Part shown: piece after piece, positions 37,657 through 46,998 of the stretch | How the letters are laid out: each line of letters starts with the position of its first letter | Position numbering within the stretch: the first letter of the stretch is position 1 | Virus record (IMG/VR): IMGVR_UViG_3300032007_000002 | Reading direction: 5' to 3' (one strand) | Source: a virus | Lineage: Duplodnaviria > Heunggongvirae > Uroviricota > Caudoviricetes | Length of the DNA: 64,000 nt | Position numbers and translations under genes: made by a program | The notes under the pieces: model-generated | Database searches by the model: none | Told to the model about the DNA's origin: nothing | The model's input: only the letters and a program-made list of their open reading frames with translations

Positions 37657-38344
37657 ATTTGTCGATTACGGACTGAATGTCGCCCGCCGAGCCTGGAACG
37701 CTTTCCAGGCCCGTTTCGTATGCGGGGTCCGGGATGAGGAAGCCGACGGCCTGGGCGCGGGTGTTCGGGTCGAGCCAGAGCGTGAACGGGCAGATGTGCG
37801 GCTTGGTGGACGGGCTGACCTGGTTGTCGAACACCATCCAGGGGCCGACGAGCTCCCCGTGCTTCTCGATGAACTTCTTCACGGGGATTTCGCGGTCCGC
37901 CGGGAAGTTGACGAAGCGCTCGGCCTTGACCGGGCGGCTGCCGTTGTGCGGGCGGAGCATGAGCGCCATGCACGGGTAGGACTTGTCGGAGCGGTAGTGG
38001 CCGTTTACGAGGCTGACCGTCATGTGGCCCATCACCCGGAGCATGTCCATCGCGTTGGTCGCGTATTCCGGGGAGGTGTCCTTGCTGAACATGAGGACCT
38101 GGGTCTTCGCCATGGTCGCCATGAACGCGTCGGTGTTCGGTCCGGGCGGGAGGGAGACTATCACGCCCTTCTTTCCGTCGGTGGAGCAGACCGTGTAGTT
38201 GCGCTTGTCGTAGGAGATGCAGTGGATTGCATCTTCGAGGCGCGGGTCCGCGTCGGTGGAGAGTGTGGCGAGGTCCTTGATGAAGTCCTTGAGGCGGGAG
38301 ACGCCTTTCGGGGAGCACCAGGGATCGTTAGTCTTCTTTATCAT
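37649..38344 (-). CDS. hypothetical protein
   Basis: 231 aa, AGGAG SD. Confidence 0.7.
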   Translation of the reverse strand: MIKKTNDPWCSPKGVSRLKDFIKDLATLSTDADPRLEDAIHCISYDKRNYTVCSTDGKKGVIVSLPPGPNTDAFMATMAKTQVLMFSKDTSPEYATNAMDMLRVMGHMTVSLVNGHYRSDKSYPCMALMLRPHNGSRPVKAERFVNFPADREIPVKKFIEKHGELVGPWMVFDNQVSPSTKPHICPFTLWLDPNTRAQAVGFLIPDPAYETGLESVPGSAGDIQSVIDKFI

Positions 38345-38532
38345 CTTTAACTCCTGCCGGGACGGGTTCCCAGAGAACTGTCAGTTCGGCCTTGACCCCT
38401 TCCGGCGTGATGTCGAAAGCGTCCTTGAAGCTGTCGACAATCCCGGCGGGAACGAGGCCGAGCACGGGGTCGTAGTGCTCGACCAGGAACTTGCAGCGTC
38501 TCATGGGGCGCCTCCGTGAAATTTAGCAAAAA

Positions 38533-38688
38533 TTACTTGGATCTGTCCCGGGCGCACTTGATTACTTGCAGTCCGGGGTGTGTCTGTTTCGCGTCTTCCT
38601 TTGCGGACGCGGGGTCCGTCGCGGTGACGCGGACTGTCTCGCCCCCTTCCAGGGTGACGATGAACGGGAAAGTCCTTCCTTCCTTCAT
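38533..38688 (-). CDS. small hypothetical protein (51 aa)
   Basis: AAGGAGG SD directly after the bipartite element at 38715-38757. Confidence 0.55.
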   Translation of the reverse strand: MKEGRTFPFIVTLEGGETVRVTATDPASAKEDAKQTHPGLQVIKCARDRSK

Positions 38689-38910
38689 GGTGCCTCCTTT
38701 TGGCTGTCCCGGCTATGTGACGGCCGGGGGTGTCTGCAGGGGGTTCCCCGTGATTCCGGTCAGCGGTGGCCGAAGAAGAACCCGGCGACCATGCCGAGGC
38801 CGATCAGCATCAGCACGATCTTGAATATGAGGTCGTCGAGGGAGAAGTCTTTGTTATGTTTCCGCATATAGGGAAATATAACAAATTTTCTCCTCAACCT
38901 TACGAAAAAC

Positions 38911-39093
38911 TTACGAATCATACTCCCGCCCCATGCAGCGGCAGGAATACTCCACCTTCTCGCAGATTTCGCGGGTGGCCACGCCGTCGCGGTAGAGCCG
39001 CTGGGTGAAGCGCTTGTCCTCCTCGTCGAGGAAGTAGAAGCCGCGCTCGCGGCAGTGGTCGCATACGATGTCCCAAACTTTCTCGAAGTCCAT
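38911..39093 (-). CDS. hypothetical protein
   Basis: 60 aa. Confidence 0.55.
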   Translation of the reverse strand: MDFEKVWDIVCDHCRERGFYFLDEEDKRFTQRLYRDGVATREICEKVEYSCRCMGREYDS

Positions 39094-39102
39094 GGTCGCA
39101 TC

Positions 39103-39417
39103 CTATTCCTTGAGGACCTTCTTTCCTGCGAGGCGGTTGTATGCCTGCCAGGCGAGAAGCTCGTTGTTGACTCGTTCCTGGCTGTCCTCCTTGCCGAAGA
39201 CGTCGAGGCTCGTCGGCCAGGGCTTGCCCTTCGTGTCGTTCCACACGAACGCGCAGTCGCGGTAGAAGAACGGCGGCTCGAAGAGGAGCCATGCGCGTTT
39301 GTCGGACTTGCGGACTACGCGCACGCCTTCCAGGGGCCAGTCCTTGTGGATCTTGCTGACTTTGAACATGCCGGAAACTTTGATGTAGTTGAGAAGTGTC
39401 TTGAATTGCGTTGCCAT
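39103..39417 (-). CDS. hypothetical protein
   Basis: element plus AAGGAGA leader. Confidence 0.75.
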   Translation of the reverse strand: MATQFKTLLNYIKVSGMFKVSKIHKDWPLEGVRVVRKSDKRAWLLFEPPFFYRDCAFVWNDTKGKPWPTSLDVFGKEDSQERVNNELLAWQAYNRLAGKKVLKE

Positions 39418-39501
39418 GTTAGGTCTCCTTGTTGCTGGTCCCTGTATGTTACGGAGGGGGCGCCTGGGGTGGCGCCTCCCGTGATTCCGGCGGATAGCCC
39501 G

Positions 39502-39834
39502 CTACGGGACGTGTTTTTTGCCGTTCGTAGCGCCGTTTCGGTATTTTTTATTACGTTTCGGGCGTTGACCGGGGTATTTCTGCCGGATTTCCCTCGCGAT
39601 GGTCGAAATTGGCTTGTGGCGCTCGTCGTGCATCTCCTTGACCCAGGCATAGGTCTTGACGATGAAGTAGAGGGCGTGGCCCACGACCGCGGAGAGGACG
39701 AGGTAGGCGATGGTCCCCTTGAGGGTCGGGCCCTGCTGCGGTGGGTAGATCCAAAGGAGGGGTCCCACGATGAAGCAGCCCGCGCAGAGGATTGCGATGA
39801 AGTTGGAAGCGATGGTCATGATTTTTGCGAGCAT
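39502..39834 (-). CDS. membrane protein
   Basis: two TM helices, basic tail. Confidence 0.65.
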   Translation of the reverse strand: MLAKIMTIASNFIAILCAGCFIVGPLLWIYPPQQGPTLKGTIAYLVLSAVVGHALYFIVKTYAWVKEMHDERHKPISTIAREIRQKYPGQRPKRNKKYRNGATNGKKHVP

Positions 39835-39844
39835 GAAAAATCCT

Positions 39845-40648
39845 TTACTTTTGGGAGTTGCTGATTGCTTCGATGATTGCGGCGACGGTCTCGCGCTTTC
39901 CGCCGGAGTAGTTCTGTTCCTGGTAGCCGCCGGGGAGGGGCATGATGCCCGCTATCATCCTGGCGCCGTTTTCCGGGCAGAACATGATTTCGCCGACGGT
40001 CACGTTGCAGATGCTCGGGGTGCGGGGGTCTTCTGCATCGGGGGTGATGGTGTAGAAGTAGCCCATGTCCTGCGTACCGAACCACCTGGAAATGAAGTCG
40101 GTGATGCGGTAGAGCGCAGTCGGGTCGAAGCGGGCGCCGGATGCGGGTTGCAGGCTGAACTTTTCCGGGGTCATGTCCTTGAAGAGCACTTCGAACGCGT
40201 CCGGGTAGTGGACGGTGTAGCCGCCGCGGACCTTGTAGAAGTCCGTAAGCATCGCGCTGTTCATCGGGCGGTTGTCGAGGGCGCCCTTGAACGGGACGGT
40301 GACTTCGCCTTCCTCGAACTTGGAGAGGGCGTAGGTGATGAGGTCGGGAGAACCTACGCAGAATTCGCGCACCTGGCGATCGATGAGGGCGCGGACGATG
40401 TTGTGGGCATACGGGCCGAAGAACTGCAAGGCGAGGACCTTGGTGCCGTCGGAGCACTGCATAGTCATGAGGTCGCCCTTGCGGGTGTAGTGGACGGCGT
40501 AGAGGTGCTGGCGGTCATCCTTGCCCTGCGCGTTGGTGCAGAAGCCGTGCACGGAGTAGAGGAAGCTGCGGAGCTTCTTGTGCTGTGCCTGGCCGGCGAG
40601 GTCGGGGATGTTGCCTTTTTCGTTGAGGATGTAAACGGACTTTGACAT
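39845..40648 (-). CDS. hypothetical protein
   Basis: element plus AAGGAGA leader before MSKSVY. Confidence 0.75.
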   Translation of the reverse strand: MSKSVYILNEKGNIPDLAGQAQHKKLRSFLYSVHGFCTNAQGKDDRQHLYAVHYTRKGDLMTMQCSDGTKVLALQFFGPYAHNIVRALIDRQVREFCVGSPDLITYALSKFEEGEVTVPFKGALDNRPMNSAMLTDFYKVRGGYTVHYPDAFEVLFKDMTPEKFSLQPASGARFDPTALYRITDFISRWFGTQDMGYFYTITPDAEDPRTPSICNVTVGEIMFCPENGARMIAGIMPLPGGYQEQNYSGGKRETVAAIIEAISNSQK

Positions 40649-40726
40649 GGTGTCTCCTTTTCTGATATTCCCCGTATATGACGGAGGGGACCCGTGAGGA
40701 TCCCCTTCCCGTGATTCCGTTGATAG

Positions 40727-40798
40727 TACACCCGTCCGGACTCGAACCGGAATTATCGGCTTCGGGGGCCGATGTGCTATCCATTGCACTACGGATGC
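40727..40798 (-). tRNA. tRNA-Arg(CCG)
   Basis: GCATCCG...TCGGC-CCCCGAA-GCCGA...TTCGAGT...CGGGTGT-A; C at position 33. Confidence 0.88.
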
Positions 40799-40805
40799 GT
40801 CAACC

Positions 40806-41078
40806 TTATTTGTCCCTGGACGGGCAGTATGCCGGGTGGACGGTGAGCCATTCGTACTCCGGGACCCTCTTCGCGAGAAGTGCCGGGTGGGCGACTGCGG
40901 CCTCCTTTCCGTCCTTGCTGCAGATTGAGGCGATTTTCACGTTCTTCAACTTGCGCAGCTGCATGAGTTCTGTGGCCTTGGCCTTGGCGCCTTCGACGGC
41001 GGACGCTTCCACCTGCCCGGCGCAGAGTCGGAGTTCCTTTCCTCCGATTACCGTAGTATAGTTCACGGTGAAGATCAT
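40806..41078 (-). CDS. hypothetical protein
   Basis: AAGGAGA SD before MIFTVN. Confidence 0.6.
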   Translation of the reverse strand: MIFTVNYTTVIGGKELRLCAGQVEASAVEGAKAKATELMQLRKLKNVKIASICSKDGKEAAVAHPALLAKRVPEYEWLTVHPAYCPSRDK

Positions 41079-41359
41079 AGGGGTCTCCTTAGTTTTTCGA
41101 TTGATGTCTCGACCTGGGAGGCGACGCGTTCCAGCACGTCGGAGAGCTGGTTGTACTCGTCCGTGACGATGTACCAGGTCTTGAAGGGGGTTTTCTCGTT
41201 TTCCCGGTAGAGTTCGATGGCGGGGAGTTCCACCTTGCCGTCGTTGCGATACCCTGCGATGAGTTTCACTCCGGGGCGGTAGAAGTCCATGTCCTCGTGG
41301 CCTTCGCGGAGGTCGGCGAGTGCTACCTTGATGTCTCGATAAAGGGTGTTGTCTGCCAT
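41075..41359 (-). CDS. hypothetical protein
   Basis: 94 aa after tRNA-Glu. Confidence 0.65.
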   Translation of the reverse strand: MADNTLYRDIKVALADLREGHEDMDFYRPGVKLIAGYRNDGKVELPAIELYRENEKTPFKTWYIVTDEYNQLSDVLERVASQVETSIEKLRRPL

Positions 41360-41374
41360 ATATGTTGGGGGTAG

Positions 41375-41448
41375 TAGCGCATACCGGGGTCGAACCGGTG
41401 ATTTTCGGAATGAGAATCCGCTGTCCTGGGCCTCTAGACGAATGCGCC
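41375..41448 (-). tRNA. tRNA-Glu(CTC)
   Basis: GGCGCAT...GCGGA-TTCTCAT-TCCGA...TTCGACC...ATGCGCT-A. Confidence 0.88.
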
Positions 41449-42423
41449 GTGTTCAATAAAAGTTAAGAGTTTGTTAAATTCTGTTTGAACCTTTGTTTTG
41501 CTGGCCTTGCCCATGTCTTTAATGACGTATGGTGTGAAACCAGCTTTGGTGATTTCTGCGATTTTAATTCTGTCGCGGTTTTGGATGCAAGCCAATGAAG
41601 ATTGTGTTGATATTTGCTTGTAGTGCCATGCGCCGTTCCATAATATAGCAATTTTCTGATCTAATAGGATGATATCGGCATCCCAACCGTTAAAAAGTTG
41701 TAAATTGTTCTTTACATTGTTGAACCGGGTTTTGCATAACTCACAGAATGCGATTTCATTTTTGCTTCGGCGGTTGGTTGACTGTTGGGCAACACTTTTA
41801 AGGGCGGCAATGCGTAGCTTTTCCCTGGTTTGCTGGCTGAGGTTTGCGGCAACAATGGAATGAACGCAGGTTTTGCAGTAGCCAAGTTTTGAGCGTGGGT
41901 GTATTGGCTTTCCGCAATTTTTACATTGCCTCGTTGGACGAGGTAATTGTTTGCGTTTGTAGTGTTTTCTACACAGCCCGGTTTTATTGTCCTTACATAA
42001 TGTCGCCCCGCATATATAGCAGTGTTTCAGTGGTTTGGGTGATTGAAAATTGTTCTTTCTTGCAAGTGTGCGGTATAAAGTGCTTGCTCGTTTTTTGTTA
42101 GACTCTTCTGTTGGTGTTCTGCGATTTGCACATGTCCTGGAACAGAAAAACTTTTCCTTTTTAGAAAACTCGCGCTCGGTACATGTTATGGTAAATGTTT
42201 TGCCGCAGTTTGCACAAGATACGATATACTCATGCCTGGGCAATGTGTTATTTTTGTTATACAGTGTGCATTTGCGCGAACCGCCCTTTTTAAGCGATTG
42301 GATAATTTCATCGTGCTTTGGGTTTTGGGGGCAAAGGCGGCAATGCGCATTGAACTTACCGCGGGTGGTAGTAAATACTTCTCCGCAATATTTACAGCTA
42401 TATGTAGAAATTTGATTATTCAT
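41434..42423 (-). CDS. free-standing Zn-finger + Vsr/DUF559-like endonuclease (putative homing endonuclease)
   Basis: multiple CxxC fingers; SKNE...WDADI...IAILWNGAWH...RDxxK...GFTPYVI; AT-rich island between tRNAs. Confidence 0.75.
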   Translation of the reverse strand: MNNQISTYSCKYCGEVFTTTRGKFNAHCRLCPQNPKHDEIIQSLKKGGSRKCTLYNKNNTLPRHEYIVSCANCGKTFTITCTEREFSKKEKFFCSRTCANRRTPTEESNKKRASTLYRTLARKNNFQSPKPLKHCYICGATLCKDNKTGLCRKHYKRKQLPRPTRQCKNCGKPIHPRSKLGYCKTCVHSIVAANLSQQTREKLRIAALKSVAQQSTNRRSKNEIAFCELCKTRFNNVKNNLQLFNGWDADIILLDQKIAILWNGAWHYKQISTQSSLACIQNRDRIKIAEITKAGFTPYVIKDMGKASKTKVQTEFNKLLTFIEHGAFV

Positions 42424-42435
42424 ACATATAGTTTA

Positions 42436-42511
42436 TAGCGGGAGCGGGACTCGAACCCGCAACAACTCACGGGTTATGGGCCCGGCGAGCTACCAGTTGC
42501 TCCATCCCGCG
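42436..42511 (-). tRNA. tRNA-Met(CAT), initiator type
   Basis: C1:T72 mismatch, GGG/CCC anticodon stem, loop CC-CAT-AA. Confidence 0.88.
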
Positions 42512-42555
42512 ATAAACTACATGGCGAACTATCGCTAACTGAAATATAGCAAAGT

Positions 42556-42891
42556 TTAGAAATTCTGTACAGTCGTGATGCCGTGTTTTTTCAATTTTTC
42601 CTCGTCGAACATGTCCTCGGGTTTGAGGCCGTGCCTGTCCATGACCATCTTGTTGTGCTGGGCCTTCGCCATTTCCTTCGCGAAGAAGGCTTCGGTCTCC
42701 TTGGTGGCCGGGATCTTGATTCCGCTGTCCGGGCCGCCGAAGGAGTGGGGCCTGGTGTGGTGGAAGGACGGGTCCCCGACGAAGCGGATCGTGACGGACA
42801 TGCCGTCCGGCTTGAACATCTTCATGGTGTCGTGCAGGAACGTTTCCCGGCGTTTCATCTTTTCCTGCATCTTTTCTTCCGTCGTGCTCAT
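42556..42891 (-). CDS. hypothetical protein
   Basis: AAGGAGG SD, TAATG coupling. Confidence 0.65.
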   Translation of the reverse strand: MSTTEEKMQEKMKRRETFLHDTMKMFKPDGMSVTIRFVGDPSFHHTRPHSFGGPDSGIKIPATKETEAFFAKEMAKAQHNKMVMDRHGLKPEDMFDEEKLKKHGITTVQNF

Positions 42892-43301
42892 TAGATGCCC
42901 TCCTTCGCGAGGCGTTCGGCGATGGTGCCTTTCTTTTTGAGGTTCTTGTCGCGCTTGGCAACCCAGCGTGCATAGTATTGGTTCAGCTTGTCGGCGAACT
43001 CCTGGCACTTTTCCTTCTTGGCGAAGTAGGCGTCGATGAGGATGTGGGCCGGGCCGTTGTGGGACACGTAGGCATGGCAGAAGGCGCCGGGCTCGATCTC
43101 TTCGAGCATCTCCACCACCTTGACCTGGCGGCTGTGGAGCGTACCGCTGATGCGGAGCTCGTCGGCGATGCCTTCGAGGGACATGCCTTCGGCGTAGGTG
43201 CCGGGTCCCGCGATTTCGTAGAGTTTCTTGTTGAGGCCGGGGAAGTTCGCCTTGACGACTTCCTGGGGCGCCTCGATTACGCAGAAATACTTGTCGTTCA
43301 T
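42891..43301 (-). CDS. hypothetical protein
   Basis: element plus AAGGAGA leader. Confidence 0.75.
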   Translation of the reverse strand: MNDKYFCVIEAPQEVVKANFPGLNKKLYEIAGPGTYAEGMSLEGIADELRISGTLHSRQVKVVEMLEEIEPGAFCHAYVSHNGPAHILIDAYFAKKEKCQEFADKLNQYYARWVAKRDKNLKKKGTIAERLAKEGI

Positions 43302-43391
43302 CTGATGTCTCCTTTTGATAACCCGTGTATGTTACGGGCGGGGTGCCCGGGGAGGCGCCTCCCGTGATTCCGTTGGCCCGGAATTTGAAAA

Positions 43392-43467
43392 TTTTATGTG
43401 CCCAAATATGGGCACTTAACCGTCATAAAAGCAACGGTTAGCCCATATTTGGGCACTTAACCGTTGC
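43392..43467. repeat. tandem palindromes with inverted central spacer
   Basis: GCCCA-AATA-TGGGCACTTAACCGT followed by GCCCA-TATT-TGGGCACTTAACCGT. Confidence 0.75.
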
Positions 43468-43478
43468 ATTTGCGAGGG

Positions 43479-43880
43479 TTAGAAGCAGGGGTCCCGGTAT
43501 TCCTCCGCCTTGCCCAGGAACCATTCGGAACTTTCGAGTTTCCTGGTGAGGCGGTTTTCCCACTTTTGGTTCCCGAGATACACTTCCTCCACCTTGCGGG
43601 AACGCCAGCGCCCGTTTCGGAAGACGAGGTGCTTGACTTCGCCGTCGGGGTTGGAGGTGTACTTGTAGGACTGCGATTCGGAGATTCCGTTGCTGTCGGT
43701 CCTCTCGTACTTCAACGCGCGGATCTTGCAGTGGGTCTTGTCCTGGACCTCGATGACCTCGTAGGCGTGGCGGTCGCTCCAAAGGAGTTCGGTGACCCCC
43801 ATGCCGACTGTCGGCTCGGGCATCTTGGAAGCGGCCATCAGCCTGCTTTGGACACATCCGTACCATTTCATCTTGGCCAT
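43479..43880 (-). CDS. hypothetical phage protein
   Basis: PTVGMGVT..WSDRHAYEVI...YRDPCF. Confidence 0.7.
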   Translation of the reverse strand: MAKMKWYGCVQSRLMAASKMPEPTVGMGVTELLWSDRHAYEVIEVQDKTHCKIRALKYERTDSNGISESQSYKYTSNPDGEVKHLVFRNGRWRSRKVEEVYLGNQKWENRLTRKLESSEWFLGKAEEYRDPCF

Positions 43881-43882
43881 GG

Positions 43883-44164
43883 TTACATCCCCTTCCAATC
43901 GTAGTTGTCGTGTTCGATCTTGGTGTCCTTCTTCGCGGCGAGGAGCTGGTCGTAGGTGCCGGTCTGCTTGGCGAACTCGACCACGTGGCGGTAGGTGGTC
44001 GGGGAGGAGTTCCACGCCGGGAGCAGGGTGAGCTTGTTGCCGGAGAACTTGGCGACTTCGGTCGTGTAGGAGATGAGGGTCTTGGTCGTGCCGTCATCTT
44101 CGACGATGGCCTTGTGGCAGAAGCTCTTGCGGGGATCATATTTTGTAGCGAGTTCGTAACGCAT
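43883..44164 (-). CDS. hypothetical phage protein
   Basis: element plus RBS; KSFxxKA...LISYTT...TTYRHV. Confidence 0.75.
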   Translation of the reverse strand: MRYELATKYDPRKSFCHKAIVEDDGTTKTLISYTTEVAKFSGNKLTLLPAWNSSPTTYRHVVEFAKQTGTYDQLLAAKKDTKIEHDNYDWKGM

Positions 44165-44239
44165 TGCTGTCTCCTTTTGTTTTGATGCTCCCCTTATGTG
44201 ATGGCAGGGCGCCTGGGGGAGGCGCCTCCCGTGATTCCG

Positions 44240-44668
44240 TCAGTCCTTGTCTTCGACGCGCTTGACGATCTTGTTGGCCTCGTCAATCCACTTTTTCGTG
44301 TCGCTGGCATAGCGGAAGATGTGCTCGGCGCGGTCGATGAGGAGGTCCAGGTCGGTGAAGTGATCCGGCAGGTTCCACTTGCGGAGGCTGATGCACTTCG
44401 TATAGATGTTGGTCCACCCTTCGCACACGGAAATCGTGAGGATGTTGTCGAACTTGCGGATTTGAAAGCTGACGTTGTGCTCGTCCTCGATCTTGAAGTC
44501 CGTGGTGTCCGCGAGGACTACGCGGAAGCGGTAGGAGTTGTTGCGGAGGTTGCTGCACACGCTTCGGACGCAGCTTCGGAGGCTTTCGTCCCCGAGGATG
44601 TTTTCCATGCTCGTTTCGAGCGCGGTGCTTTCCTTGCGGTATTGGTCGAACTGTTCATCGGTCCACAT
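44240..44668 (-). CDS. hypothetical protein
   Basis: GGAGG SD; stop abuts the element. Confidence 0.7.
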   Translation of the reverse strand: MWTDEQFDQYRKESTALETSMENILGDESLRSCVRSVCSNLRNNSYRFRVVLADTTDFKIEDEHNVSFQIRKFDNILTISVCEGWTNIYTKCISLRKWNLPDHFTDLDLLIDRAEHIFRYASDTKKWIDEANKIVKRVEDKD

Positions 44669-44670
44669 TG

Positions 44671-45102
44671 TTATGCCTCCATTGCTTCGGCAAAAGCGCT
44701 GATGACGTTGGTGATGTCCTTGAAGTGGTCCAGGGCCACCTTGGCGTATTCGGGGAATACCTTGATTGTGTCGCTGTCGGGCACGGGTGTCCATCCGGCG
44801 ATGGCCGTCTTGAGGACATCGAGCGCGGCGATTTCCGGCTGTTCCGGGTTGCTCACGGAGAAGCACATCGTCCCCTGGCCTTTCCCGAAGGCGAGTTCGA
44901 GGACGGCCACGAAGCGGTGGGTCTTCTTGACGAGGTGGGAGTAGCCGTTCACCTGGGCCCAGGTCTTCCAGAACTTGTCCTTCTTGAGGACCTCGAACTT
45001 CCTGACGAAGGGGAACTTGCCGCGCACCTTCTCGCAGGCCGCGTTGGTCTTTGTGAACTGCTGTTCTCTGAAAGCGATTTGATCCTGTTCTGCTTTGGTC
45101 AT
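44671..45102 (-). CDS. hypothetical protein
   Basis: element plus RBS. Confidence 0.75.
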   Translation of the reverse strand: MTKAEQDQIAFREQQFTKTNAACEKVRGKFPFVRKFEVLKKDKFWKTWAQVNGYSHLVKKTHRFVAVLELAFGKGQGTMCFSVSNPEQPEIAALDVLKTAIAGWTPVPDSDTIKVFPEYAKVALDHFKDITNVISAFAEAMEA

Positions 45103-45174
45103 GCCGTTGTCTCCTTTTGATGTTCCCTCTATGTGATCGGCTGGCGCCTGGGGGAGGTGCCTCCCGTGATTCCG

Positions 45175-45510
45175 TCACTTCAACCCGAAGATTGCGTCCA
45201 TGCACTCGCGGATGGTGAGCTTGAACTCCTGCGGTTTTTCCTGGTTCTTGTTGAGGAAGGTGACGGTGGAACCCTCGACGGACTTGACCTCGACTTCCTC
45301 CCCGTCGCAGCAGGCGTATTCGGTCGCGCCGTTGTTGAGGTCGTAGTATTCGGATCCGTCGTCCTCCGTCGAACGGCGGATTTCGTGGCCGACATCCGTC
45401 TTGTGGATGTCCCCGTTGTGCAGGGTCTCGAAGAGGGTCTTCAGCGAGATGCACACCTTGTTGCCGGGAGTGAGCATTTTAAATTTTTTCATAGGGTCCT
45501 CGAAATTCAA
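45175..45510 (-). CDS. hypothetical protein
   Basis: stop abuts the element; start may be 45492. Confidence 0.65.
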   Translation of the reverse strand: MNFEDPMKKFKMLTPGNKVCISLKTLFETLHNGDIHKTDVGHEIRRSTEDDGSEYYDLNNGATEYACCDGEEVEVKSVEGSTVTFLNKNQEKPQEFKLTIRECMDAIFGLK

Positions 45511-45516
45511 AAATTT

Positions 45517-46176
45517 TTAACGGAACATGAGGTTGCGGGCTTCGCGTTCGGCGACATCGCCGTCCCACACGATGCGTTCGTTTTCCTCGTCGGAGTGCCA
45601 TGTGCGTACAGCCAGGCGGCTTTCGTCATGCGGTTCGCGGGGAGCGGCCATGATGCGCATGTCCTCGGAGCACTCGTACCCGAAGCGCTTCGCGTCCTCG
45701 CTGATGAGCGGATATTCGAAGCAGATGCTTCCGTGGTAGCGGAAGATGAGGTTGCGGTCCACGTCGAGCACCCAGGTAACCGAGAAGTCGTTCTCGTATT
45801 GGAAGTCGCGCTTGCGGGCCATGAGCCACAACTGCGTGAGGAGGTCGGATTCCGCTCTCGGGACGAACGGCATCGGGATCTCGAAGCAGCTCACGGTCGA
45901 GCCGCGGGTTTCCACCTCGAACGGGGGGAAGTCGTAGCCGCGCTTCTTGTTTTCCTCGGTGTCGGCCTCGCTGTGGAAGGAATGGAGCCAGGCGCGGCTC
46001 ATCTTGAAGCCGTACTCGTCCGGGGGGCAGAGCTGGCCGAGGAGGTCCCAAAACTTTTTGATTTCGCCGTCGGACATGCTGCGGAGCTTGTCCCCGATGT
46101 CGTAGGCGTCGTCCAGGACGAATGTGCCGCGGGCGGTGTCGCCCTTCTTCAAGAATATGTAACCGCGTGTTCCCAT
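45517..46176 (-). CDS. hypothetical protein
   Basis: element plus RBS before MGTRGY. Confidence 0.75.
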   Translation of the reverse strand: MGTRGYIFLKKGDTARGTFVLDDAYDIGDKLRSMSDGEIKKFWDLLGQLCPPDEYGFKMSRAWLHSFHSEADTEENKKRGYDFPPFEVETRGSTVSCFEIPMPFVPRAESDLLTQLWLMARKRDFQYENDFSVTWVLDVDRNLIFRYHGSICFEYPLISEDAKRFGYECSEDMRIMAAPREPHDESRLAVRTWHSDEENERIVWDGDVAEREARNLMFR

Positions 46177-46249
46177 GATGTTGTCTCCTTTTGATGGTCC
46201 CTCTATGTGACCTGGGTGGCGCCTGGGGTAGGCGCCTCCCGTGATTCCG

Positions 46250-46582
46250 TTACGCCTTCGACGCTTTCCAGCAAGTTTCCTCGTTGCCGTAACGGAGCAG
46301 ATAGATCGGGTCGCCGCTGACCAGGTCGGGAAGCGTTTCGACAAACTCGGCCATGTTCATTGCGTCGGTCTTGTTTTCCCCGATTTCGTGACAGCAGGCG
46401 TTGCTGCAGTCGAAACCTTTCGGGAGGAGGACAAGACGACAGTCGTTGTTGACATCGAGCCCTATATGATAACCTTTCTTGGAAAGTTTTTCCTGCAGGG
46501 CCTTGACGTCGGTGAGAATTTCTGCAAAATCCTGGTCATAGTTGGGGCCCTTGATTGTGCTGGCAATGCTAGACTGTTCCAT
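46250..46582 (-). CDS. hypothetical protein
   Basis: flanked by elements on both sides. Confidence 0.75.
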   Translation of the reverse strand: MEQSSIASTIKGPNYDQDFAEILTDVKALQEKLSKKGYHIGLDVNNDCRLVLLPKGFDCSNACCHEIGENKTDAMNMAEFVETLPDLVSGDPIYLLRYGNEETCWKASKA

Positions 46583-46656
46583 GCTGTTGTCTCCTTTTCG
46601 TTGTTCCCTCTATGTGACGGAGGGAGGCGCCCGCCTCCCCCGTTCCCGTGATTCCG

Positions 46657-46986
46657 TTATGCCTTCGCCAGGGCGATCATCTTCATTGTCAAGTCCATAG
46701 CCTCGGCGAGGTTGTCGAAGTATGCGTAGGTTCCCCGTCCATTGAACGAGTAATAGACCTCGAAGCAGTCCCGGAGTACCTTTTCCCCGATGTTCTGTGC
46801 GGCCGTGGAGAACCTTATGCCGTCCTTGTAGAGGGCCGTGAGCCGGATGGTTGCGCCGAGTCCGGCCTTGGTTTCAAACTCTTTCATGAGCCAGGGGAAG
46901 AGCAGCTGATCGGAGCACCTCTCGAAGGTTTTGTCGGAAATCTTTTCTGACTTCTTGGAATAACATTCGGTCCATTGAAGTTCCAT
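46657..46986 (-). CDS. hypothetical protein
   Basis: AAGGAGG SD; stop abuts the element. Confidence 0.7.
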   Translation of the reverse strand: MELQWTECYSKKSEKISDKTFERCSDQLLFPWLMKEFETKAGLGATIRLTALYKDGIRFSTAAQNIGEKVLRDCFEVYYSFNGRGTYAYFDNLAEAMDLTMKMIALAKA

Positions 46987-46998
46987 TGGGGCGCCTCC

